From positions 7,305-71,304 of the forward strand of contig JBAZRI010000004.1 of assembly GCA_041662965.1 (NCBI GenBank): DNA of 64,000 nt, in the 5' to 3' direction. The DNA comes from Patescibacteria group bacterium (lineage in GTDB: Bacteria > Patescibacteriota > Patescibacteriia > Patescibacteriales > GWC2-42-12). The notes under the pieces were generated by a model. The model saw only the letters and a list, made by a program, of their open reading frames with translations. It was not told where the DNA came from and searched no databases. Below are positions 50,161 to 58,881 of this stretch, piece after piece. The position numbers and the translations under genes are program-made. Positions within the stretch are counted from its first letter, which is position 1. Each line of letters opens with the position of its first letter.

Positions 50161-50170
50161 TGTTATGTAA

Positions 50171-50303
50171 GGCTCCGATTTTACGCCGAAGTTCGAATTG
50201 AATTCAAAAAAAGGTTTTAAACTATTTTATATCAAGCTTTTAAAAGCGCCCCCAGCCCCCGCTTTTAAAAGCAAAATTTACCCGCGGGCAAAGCCCGGCT
50301 TTA
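50171..50303. repeat. Inverted repeat arm X (133 bp, perfect partner at 56188-56320)
   Basis: Base-by-base comparison found no mismatch. Starts with GGCTCC and contains the hairpin GCTTTTAAAAGCG-CCCCCAGCCCC-CGCTTTTAAAAGC. Confidence 0.95.
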
Positions 50304-50376
50304 GGCGATTTCAAGTTTTTCCGCGGGCAAAAGCCCGCTCCGCCCCGCTCCGGCGGGGCGATTTGGCGGCAAATTC

Positions 50377-50883
50377 TTACATGAGTAATTTTTTCAGGTC
50401 ATCATAAAAAGATTTACCCCATAAATATTTATCTCTATCACGAAGCGAGCTACCCGCTATGGCCATAACTTTTTTCAAATATTCTGCAAAATATAAATTA
50501 ACAGCATCTTTTTTGTACGATATATCTTTCTCCATGCCAATCTCATTTCTAACACGAATATCATATACAGTAAAAATATCCGGATATAAAACCGTTAAAA
50601 TAGCAGACGCCATCGGTAGCGCAAAACCATAATCAATCAAAATTTTTAATTTAACTTTATTCTCTTTTTCGTTAAATATTTGATTTGTAATCTTTTTAAC
50701 AGCAACGTCCAAATCACTATCGATGGTCTTAACCCTGTTTTTTATTTTACTTTTAGCACGGTTAGCTTTCCAAATAACAATGCAAAAAAATTCTTGCGCC
50801 GTTAAATAACCATGATTTAAAAAATTATCATGTACTTCACCAAAAATATACTTTTCTAAATCGTAATATTTACTATAATCCAT
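50377..50883 (-). CDS. Hypothetical protein, possible OGG-fold/HhH-like
   Basis: 168 aa, last gene of a 5-gene operon. The segment ALPMASAILTVLYPDIFTVYDIRV resembles the HhH element of OGG-fold proteins (from memory only). Confidence 0.7.
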   Translation of the reverse strand: MDYSKYYDLEKYIFGEVHDNFLNHGYLTAQEFFCIVIWKANRAKSKIKNRVKTIDSDLDVAVKKITNQIFNEKENKVKLKILIDYGFALPMASAILTVLYPDIFTVYDIRVRNEIGMEKDISYKKDAVNLYFAEYLKKVMAIAGSSLRDRDKYLWGKSFYDDLKKLLM

Positions 50884-50892
50884 GGTTTTATA

Positions 50893-52269
50893 TTATTTGA
50901 CAAAAAGGTCATCTAGCGTCTTTGCTTTTAATATATTTTCTAATTTTGTATATTTTGGTCCTTGTGGTTTTAAGTGACGATTTTTACCCAAACCAATACC
51001 ATGTGACAACTTTACAGGATTACCTTCCAAATATAATTTATATTTCCCCGTATTTTCAAATTGTTCAATACGATCAACCTTACCATAATAGGTAATTTGT
51101 GAAATAGGAGCGACCTGATATATCGCTATGTATTTTATGGATGATAATGTCTTTGGATTTAAACGCACTGCCCACCATGCTTTTTGTTCTAAAAACGCTC
51201 TCCTAAAACCATCCTCTTTTGCTGCACAAACTAAAGTATCCCATTTTGGCTTATAATCTCTGTCTCCAAGTTCTTTTTCTTTAATATCTTCATGTACAAT
51301 AATAGCGGGCTCAAATTGTTCTTCAATATTAAAGTCTTTTTTTCTTTTTATTCCGAATCTCCCCCTGTATTCGTCGTCTACTTCATCATAATGTTTCAAA
51401 ATAATAGCGGCCAAATCTTCGCCATCAATCAGTTTTATGGGAACCTTACCTGAAGCCTGCGCTTCTTCGGTAGCAGAAGAAGTGAATGAAGATAAAGTTA
51501 TAAAGCAACCATGTTCTTCTTGCTTTAGGGTACCCCTTAAAGCTAATATTTGTTGATTAGAAATAGATCCTCTTACTCTTTTGACCTGTATTCTCAAAAC
51601 TACATTTGCTAATCCTTCCGCATCTAAAATACCATTTACATCTATTCCACTGTCTCCAACATATTGGGTCGTCTCTGCGGTAAATCCAATAATTTCTAAT
51701 ATATGTTTTATAAATTCTTCAAATTCTCTACCATCTAAGTCGTATAGGCCATCGAGTATCAAGTCCCTTATTCTTTGCGGTTTATCGGCTGGTGTATATA
51801 TTTCTCCAGCGATTAATGCGTCTAATTCTTTAGCATATCTATCAAGGGAAAAAATGGTTAAAGTTGCACCAAGCGCATATGCTAAGTTGGTAGACATATC
51901 CTCTTTTAAAACAGTTTTTTGCCAGACCATTTTGCGGCGATGTTTATACTGGCAGGTACCTATTGGATTTTCCTCAAAGTAATAATCTCCTGCCACACCT
52001 ACCAAGTATTCACCCTTACCTTTTGGTGAGAGGATGGTATCCCCACTTTTCATCTCTAACCCAAAACGATGCAACTGGCCAGATTGAGCTGATATTTGCG
52101 AATCCGAGTACTCATAGCTGGTTTTTGTGAGTGCCTTTTTAATCGCATCTAAATTGCCTAACTTAGTCAGGTCAGACACCTCATTCCAGCCGACAGCAAT
52201 AAAATTATTCTTATAACCTTCTTCAACGTATTTTGAACCTTCGCCTATACGGACTAAATAGTATGACAT
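50893..52269 (-). CDS. Mrr-type restriction endonuclease core flanked by PUA/EVE/ASCH-like domains (type IV-like)
   Basis: REFEEFIKHILE..GDSGIDVNG..LRIQVKR matches a PD-(D/E)xK Mrr_cat core. N-terminal MSYYLVRIGEGSKY..FIAVGW; C-terminal WWAVRLNP..IAIYQV. Confidence 0.8.
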   Translation of the reverse strand: MSYYLVRIGEGSKYVEEGYKNNFIAVGWNEVSDLTKLGNLDAIKKALTKTSYEYSDSQISAQSGQLHRFGLEMKSGDTILSPKGKGEYLVGVAGDYYFEENPIGTCQYKHRRKMVWQKTVLKEDMSTNLAYALGATLTIFSLDRYAKELDALIAGEIYTPADKPQRIRDLILDGLYDLDGREFEEFIKHILEIIGFTAETTQYVGDSGIDVNGILDAEGLANVVLRIQVKRVRGSISNQQILALRGTLKQEEHGCFITLSSFTSSATEEAQASGKVPIKLIDGEDLAAIILKHYDEVDDEYRGRFGIKRKKDFNIEEQFEPAIIVHEDIKEKELGDRDYKPKWDTLVCAAKEDGFRRAFLEQKAWWAVRLNPKTLSSIKYIAIYQVAPISQITYYGKVDRIEQFENTGKYKLYLEGNPVKLSHGIGLGKNRHLKPQGPKYTKLENILKAKTLDDLFVK

Positions 52270-52291
52270 AATTTATGTTATTAAATTTTAT

Positions 52292-53002
52292 CTAGGAGCG
52301 ACGAGTGGCATGTTCATCCAAAAGTCGCATTAGTAAACTAGCAAGGGATAAATATTCAATAGTTTTAAGTGGATCGCTTTGTATAAAGTTAAGATGGGCT
52401 TTTTTATCTCTCACACCAACAATACCTTTAAAGAGATTCATTAATCCTCGCTGTTCAGTTTTATCGAGACTAGTTTGTAAGTCATTAAATTTAATTTTCG
52501 GCGTTTGATTATCGCAACCAAAAATATGGTTCATTAAATCATCACCATCAAATTCTTTCCCGTTGCTATTTTTAGGATGACCGGCCTTTATTTTAACCTG
52601 ATTTATCACCTCGACAAGTGCATTTTGAATTGCCTCTTTAAAGTATCCGTCTTCAAATTGATCAAAGGCAACTTTTTTCACCAACGGATGAAAGTCATAT
52701 CGTATAAAAAGTTCTGTTCTCTGCCCGGGTATGGATGTTATAGGATGTTTCTGAATATACTTCCATTTGCCAGACTCTTTAACGCGAATCAAAAAATTAC
52801 TGTTTTTAACTGCGCGCATCAACGCAACGCTAAGACTTGAAGATTTAAAATGATAACCTTTCGCAGCAAATCCACCAGAAATTTCAGAGAGCTCCCTGCT
52901 TGTAGAAAAAAATCCCTCTTGCCAAAGAGTCTTTAAAAGATTTGGTAAAGATATAAAATTTTTGCTTTTTTCTTTTTGCATAAGCTTTTTACTGTTCTCC
53001 AT
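52292..53002 (-). CDS. TIGR02391-like protein with N-terminal wHTH-like region
   Basis: FEDGYFKEAIQNALVEV...LMNLFKGIVGVRDKKAH...YLSLASLLMRLLDE. Confidence 0.7.
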   Translation of the reverse strand: MENSKKLMQKEKSKNFISLPNLLKTLWQEGFFSTSRELSEISGGFAAKGYHFKSSSLSVALMRAVKNSNFLIRVKESGKWKYIQKHPITSIPGQRTELFIRYDFHPLVKKVAFDQFEDGYFKEAIQNALVEVINQVKIKAGHPKNSNGKEFDGDDLMNHIFGCDNQTPKIKFNDLQTSLDKTEQRGLMNLFKGIVGVRDKKAHLNFIQSDPLKTIEYLSLASLLMRLLDEHATRRS

Positions 53003-53007
53003 CCAAG

Positions 53008-53223
53008 TTAAATCTGGTATTTATATATCTTATCCTCTTTTTTCCGTTTAATTTTCTCTCTTCTCAATAAAAAAAGTAAATTCACTCGGACTTCCTCAAG
53101 CCTTATGTTATATCCAAACGCGTCTTTAAGTTCTTTCTTTATTTCTTCCGCGGTCCTTAGTCTTTTATCAACTATTCTCATAATTTTTTCGGCAACGCTT
53201 ACTCTTTGTTTTTTCTTTTTCAT
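53008..53223 (-). CDS. Small basic protein (71 aa)
   Basis: Tightly packed in the operon (5-nt and 18-nt gaps). Confidence 0.55.
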   Translation of the reverse strand: MKKKKQRVSVAEKIMRIVDKRLRTAEEIKKELKDAFGYNIRLEEVRVNLLFLLRREKIKRKKEDKIYKYQI

Positions 53224-53241
53224 AAAAAATAATATTAAATA

Positions 53242-53613
53242 TTATTTCCCGTAGACCCATTTTCCGTCAACCTTTTTACGACCTAACAATTTTTTTTGAA
53301 CTAGCCCTATAACCACACCAGACAAAGTGGTGGTGGGATAAAGATAGCCGATCCTTTCCAGGGCCTCTGCAATTTCCCCAAGCGTTTTTGGTTTAGCAAA
53401 AAAATCATCCTCTCGTAATTCAATGATAAGATCGGAAGCTGCGCGCCTTTTATTTTCGTCCTTTTTTTTCTTAGTTTCCTCGGATACCTTTGTTTTTATT
53501 TGTTGGACGGCAGACATTCTGTCATAATCAGAAAGTATTCTCGCCAACTCCTCCTTAGTCCCCTCTATTGTTATAACAGATCCTGTTTTTGACTTAATAA
53601 CCGCTTTAGGCAT
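53242..53613 (-). CDS. Small protein with C-terminal winged-helix-like segment (123 aa)
   Basis: First gene of the operon; LGEIAEALERIGYLYPTTTLSGVVIGLVQKKLL. Confidence 0.6.
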   Translation of the reverse strand: MPKAVIKSKTGSVITIEGTKEELARILSDYDRMSAVQQIKTKVSEETKKKKDENKRRAASDLIIELREDDFFAKPKTLGEIAEALERIGYLYPTTTLSGVVIGLVQKKLLGRKKVDGKWVYGK

Positions 53614-53651
53614 ATTTTTTTTAAAATTAGTTACTTATTGCTACTATCCTT

Positions 53652-53680
53652 ATGGTATATTATTGTTATAACTTTGTCAA
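53652..53680 (-). promoter_or_regulatory. Candidate promoter of the 5-gene operon
   Basis: On the minus strand: TTGACA, 17-nt spacer, then TACCAT. Confidence 0.4.
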
Positions 53681-53757
53681 GCAGAAGACAGCTTTAGTTA
53701 ATAACTCTAAATTTCCGTCATAGATAGGCCTAATTGATCATTGTGGATAAATATATG

Positions 53758-53786
53758 TTGTTAAAAATAAGGTATCATAGTATAAT
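53758..53786 (+). promoter_or_regulatory. Promoter of the methyltransferase; predicts a leaderless mRNA
   Basis: TTGTTA, 17-nt spacer, TATAAT. The ATG begins 7 nt after the -10 box and has no SD. Confidence 0.5.
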
Positions 53787-53792
53787 ATATAC

Positions 53793-54887
53793 ATGCCTAA
53801 CAACCAAACTTTCAAAGCCATTTATTTTTCTGACCATAAAGAAATAAACCCAAATGCAAAGGGGGTTGTATTAGCTTTTGGAGAAAGAAATAAAGATTTG
53901 TATCAGAATATAGCCGACCTGGGTAGTAATGAATTGCGCAATTTACTCGGCACCGATTCCTATATCGAACTTGAACAGCGGGCTCAACAAGAAGGACTGC
54001 CGGTAAATACATATTGCCTTTGGTATTTGCGAAAAAATATTAATGTAGAAAAAAAGACGGATGTTAAAACAAACAAAAGTTGCCGAAAAACAATACACGA
54101 CTTAATAAATCAAGTAATTGAAGGGAATTGTTTAGAGGTGATGAAAAATTTTCCCGATAAATCAGTAGATATGATTTTATGCGATTTGCCTTACGGCACA
54201 ACGCAAAATCATTGGGATAGTATTATCCCCCTTGATCAACTATGGGCACATTACGAACGCATAATTAAAGATAACGGCGTTATTGCGCTTACGGGGCAAG
54301 GTTTGTTTACCGCAAATCTTATGTTGTCTAATCCTAAATTATTTAAGTACAAAATAACTTGGGTTAAATCAAAGCCGACAAATTTTTTAAACGCAAAAAA
54401 ACAGCCGCTACGTAAGCATGAGGATATTTGTATCTTTTACAAAAATCAACCTGCATATAACCCGCAGATGACTTACGGCGAGCCGTATAATAAAGGTTTT
54501 AGAAAAGATCAGTTGACCGGCAGTTATGGAGATTTTAAAACTGTTGAGGTTAAAAGTAATGGGGAAAGATACCCGACAGATGTTGTTTATTTCAAAACAG
54601 CCGAAAGTGAAGGAGAAGTCTATCACCCAACACAAAAACCGGTAGAACTTGGTCGCTACTTGGTTCGTACATTCACGAAAGAAGGTGATATTGTTTTGGA
54701 TAATACTTGTGGCAGCGGGAGTTTTTTAGTCTCCGCTGTTTTAGAGGGTAGAAAATTTATTGGGATTGAGAAAAACGAAGAGGTCTATCTGTTCAAAAAG
54801 CACGAGGTAGATTATATTGATATTTGCAAACAACGTATCAAAGAAGCTGAACGAAAATATAAAATAGAATCTAATAAACTATTCTAA
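53793..54887 (+). CDS. DNA methyltransferase, beta-class (N6-adenine or N4-cytosine)
   Basis: DLPYG (motif IV) precedes HPTQKP and DNTCGSGS (motif I). Confidence 0.88.
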   Translation: MPNNQTFKAIYFSDHKEINPNAKGVVLAFGERNKDLYQNIADLGSNELRNLLGTDSYIELEQRAQQEGLPVNTYCLWYLRKNINVEKKTDVKTNKSCRKTIHDLINQVIEGNCLEVMKNFPDKSVDMILCDLPYGTTQNHWDSIIPLDQLWAHYERIIKDNGVIALTGQGLFTANLMLSNPKLFKYKITWVKSKPTNFLNAKKQPLRKHEDICIFYKNQPAYNPQMTYGEPYNKGFRKDQLTGSYGDFKTVEVKSNGERYPTDVVYFKTAESEGEVYHPTQKPVELGRYLVRTFTKEGDIVLDNTCGSGSFLVSAVLEGRKFIGIEKNEEVYLFKKHEVDYIDICKQRIKEAERKYKIESNKLF

Positions 54888-55801
54888 ATTCCGCTATATG
54901 GCTCCTCTTGAAGAATTTGGCGCGCTTTTTCGATTTCAACATCGGTAACCGCGCCTTTTTCTTTTAGGTATTTTAATAAATGAAAATATTGGTTTGAATG
55001 TAAAATTGGTTTTACAATTTTTTCTAGCTTTGTATCATTTTTAACAAAGGTAAGATGTTTTTCAGTGAGAACACCACGACCGATAAGATCGTAAGTGATT
55101 CTCACCGCATCAACAGAGGTTAAATTAAGATCGCCTTTGTGTATTTTGTCTTTTTCTACATCTGCTGGCTCAATACTCAATAAATCTTCCACCTTCTCTA
55201 AACCATTCAAATTACGGTTATAGAGTTCGATTTCTTGCCCACGATATGTAAACCATGTTCGTCCTTGCTCTGTTAGTGAACCGCGTGGCAGATAAACGCC
55301 CTCATTAGAAACTCGCACTTTTGATACCCATCCGCATATATAAAGTATCCACTTTCTTTGTCGTTTAGTACCCGGAAGCACTCTATTGCTGGGAGTTTCT
55401 AAATGGGTCATTACATAAATATCTGCATCTAAATTCTCGTCATGAATTTGGCGAGCAAAAAAATTATGTTTTGCTTCTCTCGCAATTCCATCACTACTCT
55501 CATATTCTTCTTTAAAGGGAAGCGCGCCACCGCGACATTTCACATCAACTTTAACACCGGAAGGAAGTAAAAGGTCATACCCGAGAGGATGATTTTCTGG
55601 ATTGATTTCTGGCATTCCTAGCTTATTGCGGATAACCATCTCGGCAAGTGCGCCGAATCCTTGCTCTTCAGAACTTCCTCGTTCTGCGCCAGTTCGGTTT
55701 CGATTGGCAGCAATATATTCCGCTGCTTTTTGTCTCAAGCTAAAACCCCAATCATCAGTGAGTTTTAAAACTATCGGCTTTGGATGGTAATATTTATACA
55801 T
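54884..55801 (-). CDS. Putative type II restriction endonuclease
   Basis: PD-(D/E)xK-like GYD..(16)..VDVKC. Convergent with the methyltransferase, overlapping it by 4 bp, and preceded by a C gene. Confidence 0.65.
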   Translation of the reverse strand: MYKYYHPKPIVLKLTDDWGFSLRQKAAEYIAANRNRTGAERGSSEEQGFGALAEMVIRNKLGMPEINPENHPLGYDLLLPSGVKVDVKCRGGALPFKEEYESSDGIAREAKHNFFARQIHDENLDADIYVMTHLETPSNRVLPGTKRQRKWILYICGWVSKVRVSNEGVYLPRGSLTEQGRTWFTYRGQEIELYNRNLNGLEKVEDLLSIEPADVEKDKIHKGDLNLTSVDAVRITYDLIGRGVLTEKHLTFVKNDTKLEKIVKPILHSNQYFHLLKYLKEKGAVTDVEIEKARQILQEEPYSGI

Positions 55802-55803
55802 AA

Positions 55804-56025
55804 CTATTTTATGAAATAATTTAAATTTTTTTTATACAAACTCGCAAAGTGTTGTAATTCAATAATATCAATTCTCTGTTCTCCTTGTTCAACTTTTGAA
55901 ATATAAGACTGTGGCTTTTTAATTTTTTCAGCCACTACCTCTTGAGTTAAGCCAGATTCTATTCTGGCTTTTTTTAACTTTTCAGCAATTAGCTTATATT
56001 CATTTAAATATATTGCCTTAGTCAT
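55804..56025 (-). CDS. Controller (C) protein, XRE-family HTH
   Basis: 73 aa, LTQEVVAEKIKKPQSYISKVEQGEQRI, 2 nt upstream of the endonuclease gene. Confidence 0.8.
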   Translation of the reverse strand: MTKAIYLNEYKLIAEKLKKARIESGLTQEVVAEKIKKPQSYISKVEQGEQRIDIIELQHFASLYKKNLNYFIK

Positions 56026-56036
56026 ACTAATATGAT

Positions 56037-56060
56037 ATATTCAAATTAAGAATATTCAAA
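56037..56060. promoter_or_regulatory. Candidate C-box operator (two ATATTCAAA repeats 15 bp apart)
   Basis: Direct read of 56037-56045 and 56052-56060, just upstream of the C gene. Confidence 0.35.
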
Positions 56061-56187
56061 ATTAGAATAATTACAAAAGTCAAGGGGGTTAAGTCTACGA
56101 GAGTCGGATGTGCAAAAAAGAAAAGTTTGCTTTTGGCTTAAAATAAAGTTCGAGCCGATATTTTTTACAGGTTCTTTGGCAGTTTTT

Positions 56188-56320
56188 TAAAGCCGGGCTT
56201 TGCCCGCGGGTAAATTTTGCTTTTAAAAGCGGGGGCTGGGGGCGCTTTTAAAAGCTTGATATAAAATAGTTTAAAACCTTTTTTTGAATTCAATTCGAAC
56301 TTCGGCGTAAAATCGGAGCC
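56188..56320. repeat. Inverted repeat arm X' (partner of 50171-50303)
   Basis: Exact reverse complement of arm X. Confidence 0.95.
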
Positions 56321-56394
56321 ATGTCGCATATGCCTGCCTTCGGCAGGCAAGCGCCCACTCAAATTCAGCTAAAAATTCAAACTTTCCGCCTTGC
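56315..56394. repeat. Inverted repeat arm Y' (partner of 58430-58509)
   Basis: Exact reverse complement of the recombinase 3' coding end; overlaps X' on GGAGCC. Confidence 0.95.
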
Positions 56395-56509
56395 CCGAGC
56401 GAAAGCGAGGAAAGCCAAAGACAAACTTTTCTTTTTTCTTTCCAAAACAAAAAGACCGTTTTGAACATAAAGTTCATGGTCGGTCTTTTACCATTTGATG
56501 ATGCGGACA

Positions 56510-56941
56510 TTAATTCGCCGCCGTTTCCTTCGCCCAGCCGTTGGTCAGCATGTATTCCCTTGCCTTTTTGGGATCGGTGAATACGTTCTTGGCGAGCGAA
56601 ACAGCCTCTTTGCCTTCGGGCGTACTTTCATACAGCTTCTGGAACAGCGTTTTCTCATTGATCGTGAGCAGAAAACTTGTGAGCACGCTTTTGAAGCAAG
56701 CGATCATGAGCTCAAGCCTAACTGCCTGCGATTCGTTGAGATCGCCAACCTTGGCTATTTCCTCGGAAGCCCGGAAAAACTTCTGCATTGCGTCAAAAAC
56801 GTTCTTTGTGGTGCTTGTGTGCCCGTTGTTAACGTCATTCTGAAGAATGCCCTTGCCTTCTTTCAAAAGCTCCATAAACACGGTTCCGCCAAGAGATTCG
56901 TCTTCTGCCAGCATAAGCGCCACTTTTTGAATATCCATCAT
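56510..56941 (-). CDS. GC-rich orphan helical protein (143 aa)
   Basis: SD AAGGAGGA, consensus promoter, downstream terminator hairpin at ~56446-56483; ~48% GC. Confidence 0.65.
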   Translation of the reverse strand: MMDIQKVALMLAEDESLGGTVFMELLKEGKGILQNDVNNGHTSTTKNVFDAMQKFFRASEEIAKVGDLNESQAVRLELMIACFKSVLTSFLLTINEKTLFQKLYESTPEGKEAVSLAKNVFTDPKKAREYMLTNGWAKETAAN

Positions 56942-57003
56942 ATCCTCCTTTGCTCTTTAAAGTCTCTCGACTATTAGTTTGAAATGTTCAATTATATCGT
57001 ATA

Positions 57004-57032
57004 AATATAGCACACTTTTACATAATTGTCAA
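57004..57032 (-). promoter_or_regulatory. Sigma70-type promoter of the GC-rich ORF
   Basis: On the minus strand: TTGACA, 17-nt spacer, then TATATT preceded by TGC. Confidence 0.6.
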
Positions 57033-57071
57033 GAAAAAACAGCTAATTACAGCTATAATTAGCTAAAATAT

Positions 57072-58556
57072 ATGAAATACATCCTCTACGCCCGCAAATC
57101 AACCGATGAAGACGACAAACAAATTTTATCCATTGAATCCCAAGTGGCAGAATTAAAAGAATTTGCCGCCAAAGAAAAACTTGAAATCGCCGCCTCGCTC
57201 TGCGAGGCAAAAACTGCCAAAGAACCTGGCCGAATGAAATTCGGCGAAATGCTGACTTTAATTGAGCAAGGCAAAGCTGATGGCATACTCTCATGGCATC
57301 CGGATCGCTTAGCCCGTAATCCGATTGATGGCGGTAGAATTATTTATATGGTTGATACGGGCAAAATAAAATCTCTCAAATTCCCCTCTTTTTGGTTTGA
57401 GGACACACCGCAAGGAAAGTTTATGCTTAACATCGCTTTTGGGCAAAGCAAATATTTTATAGATAACCTTTCAGAAAACGTAAAACGAGGCTTAAGGCAG
57501 AAGCTAAGAAACGGCGTTTATCCTGGTTGGGCGCCGCTTGGCTATCTAAACGACTACAAAAACCATAATATAGTTATCCACACCGAAAAGCATAAACTTA
57601 TAAAAAGGATTTTTGAGCTCTACTCTGCCGGCGAATATACCTTGAAAAATTTAGCCGATAAATTTAATAATCTGGGGCTAACAAGCCACAACGGCAAAAA
57701 AGTAAGTCCGGGCATGATGTTGTTCATTTTAAAAAATCCTTTTTATTACGGCGTATTTAAATATAACGGCGAACTGCACGAAGGCAAGCACGAGCCAATT
57801 ATAACTAAGAAACTTTTTGACCAAGCGCAGGAAATGCTTAAAAAAAGAGGCCGGCACCATGAAAAGAAAATACACAATTATATTTTTACCGATTTTATGA
57901 AGTGCGGGACTTGCGGCTGTGCGATTACGGCCGAAAAGCACAAAGGCCATATTTATTATCGCTGTACCAAGAAAAAGGGTGTTTGCGCTGAAAAATATAT
58001 TAGAGAAAAACTATTAACCGACCAGCTTAAAAATATAATGCAAAAAGTTTCTTTGCCTGATGATTGGGCTGATAATATGCTCAATGAATTAAATAAAGAG
58101 AAAGCGACATCAGCCCAATCATCTATCGCCCTGGTTAATTCTTTAAATTTGGAAATTAAAGCGATTGAGAATAAACTTGATAATTTGCTTGATTATCATC
58201 TTGAGGGCGTAATTGATAAAAATGACTATTTAAGAAAGAAGGAGGAGCTAATCAACAAAAAGGTCGGCCTTGAGGAAAAAATCAAAAGAATTAACGATCA
58301 GGGCGATAATTGGCTCGAACCCATGAGAGATTTTATTTTGCGTTCAAGGTTAGCAAAAAAGACCGCCGACGAAGGCGATCTTTCCCAATTCAAAGCATTT
58401 CTAAAAAATATCGGCTCGAACTTTATTTTGCAAGGCGGAAAGTTTGAATTTTTAGCTGAATTTGAGTGGGCGCTTGCCTGCCGAAGGCAGGCATATGCGA
58501 CATGGCTCCCCAAAAAAAATTTCAGCGAACTTTTACCCTCGCCTTGCCGAATTTAA
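57072..58556 (+). CDS. Large serine recombinase (resolvase/invertase N-domain + recombinase domain + zinc ribbon + coiled coil)
   Basis: YARKSTDEDDKQILSIESQ catalytic N-terminus, DRLARN, CGTCGCAITAEKHKGHIYYRC. The last ~40 codons lie in repeats Y and Z, so the C-terminus is uncertain. Confidence 0.9.
   Translation: MKYILYARKSTDEDDKQILSIESQVAELKEFAAKEKLEIAASLCEAKTAKEPGRMKFGEMLTLIEQGKADGILSWHPDRLARNPIDGGRIIYMVDTGKIKSLKFPSFWFEDTPQGKFMLNIAFGQSKYFIDNLSENVKRGLRQKLRNGVYPGWAPLGYLNDYKNHNIVIHTEKHKLIKRIFELYSAGEYTLKNLADKFNNLGLTSHNGKKVSPGMMLFILKNPFYYGVFKYNGELHEGKHEPIITKKLFDQAQEMLKKRGRHHEKKIHNYIFTDFMKCGTCGCAITAEKHKGHIYYRCTKKKGVCAEKYIREKLLTDQLKNIMQKVSLPDDWADNMLNELNKEKATSAQSSIALVNSLNLEIKAIENKLDNLLDYHLEGVIDKNDYLRKKEELINKKVGLEEKIKRINDQGDNWLEPMRDFILRSRLAKKTADEGDLSQFKAFLKNIGSNFILQGGKFEFLAEFEWALACRRQAYATWLPKKNFSELLPSPCRI
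58430..58509. repeat. Inverted repeat arm Y
   Basis: Exact partner of 56315-56394; ends with GGCTCC. Confidence 0.95.
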
Positions 58557-58778
58557 TCCACAAAGCAAGGACTTGCCTGCCAAAGGCACGGCGCAAGCGA
58601 AAAGGAATTTAAAACAAAAAATTTAAAAGCGACAATCGGGGGCAAAGCCCACGCACCCCCAAAAAAGCGGGCGGGCAAAAAGGAAGGGGTTTAAGGGGAG
58701 GGAATTTTTGCCCGCCCGCTTGCCCGTCCGAAGCCGAAAGGCGTAGGAGGGCTTTTCCGCCCCGCCGTATTTTTTCGT
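58505..58778. repeat. Inverted repeat arm Z (274 bp, perfect partner at 63339-63612)
   Basis: Checked block by block with no mismatch. Rich in hairpins, e.g. GCGGGCGGGCAAAAA...TTTTTGCCCGCCCGC. Confidence 0.95.
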
Positions 58779-58881
58779 ATTCGCTTAATGCGAATACGCC
58801 GCCAATCAAAAAAATATGTTTACCTCGCCAACCTGCGCGTGCACAACATAATTATTACCTTTGTATAAATTTAAACATTTT

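Noticed and set aside
50171-50210. tRNA gene as an integration target at the island border (GTTCGAATTGAATTC near the GGCTCC junction).
   Set aside because: No cloverleaf can be drawn, and the GGTTCGAATCC T-loop consensus and acceptor stem are absent.
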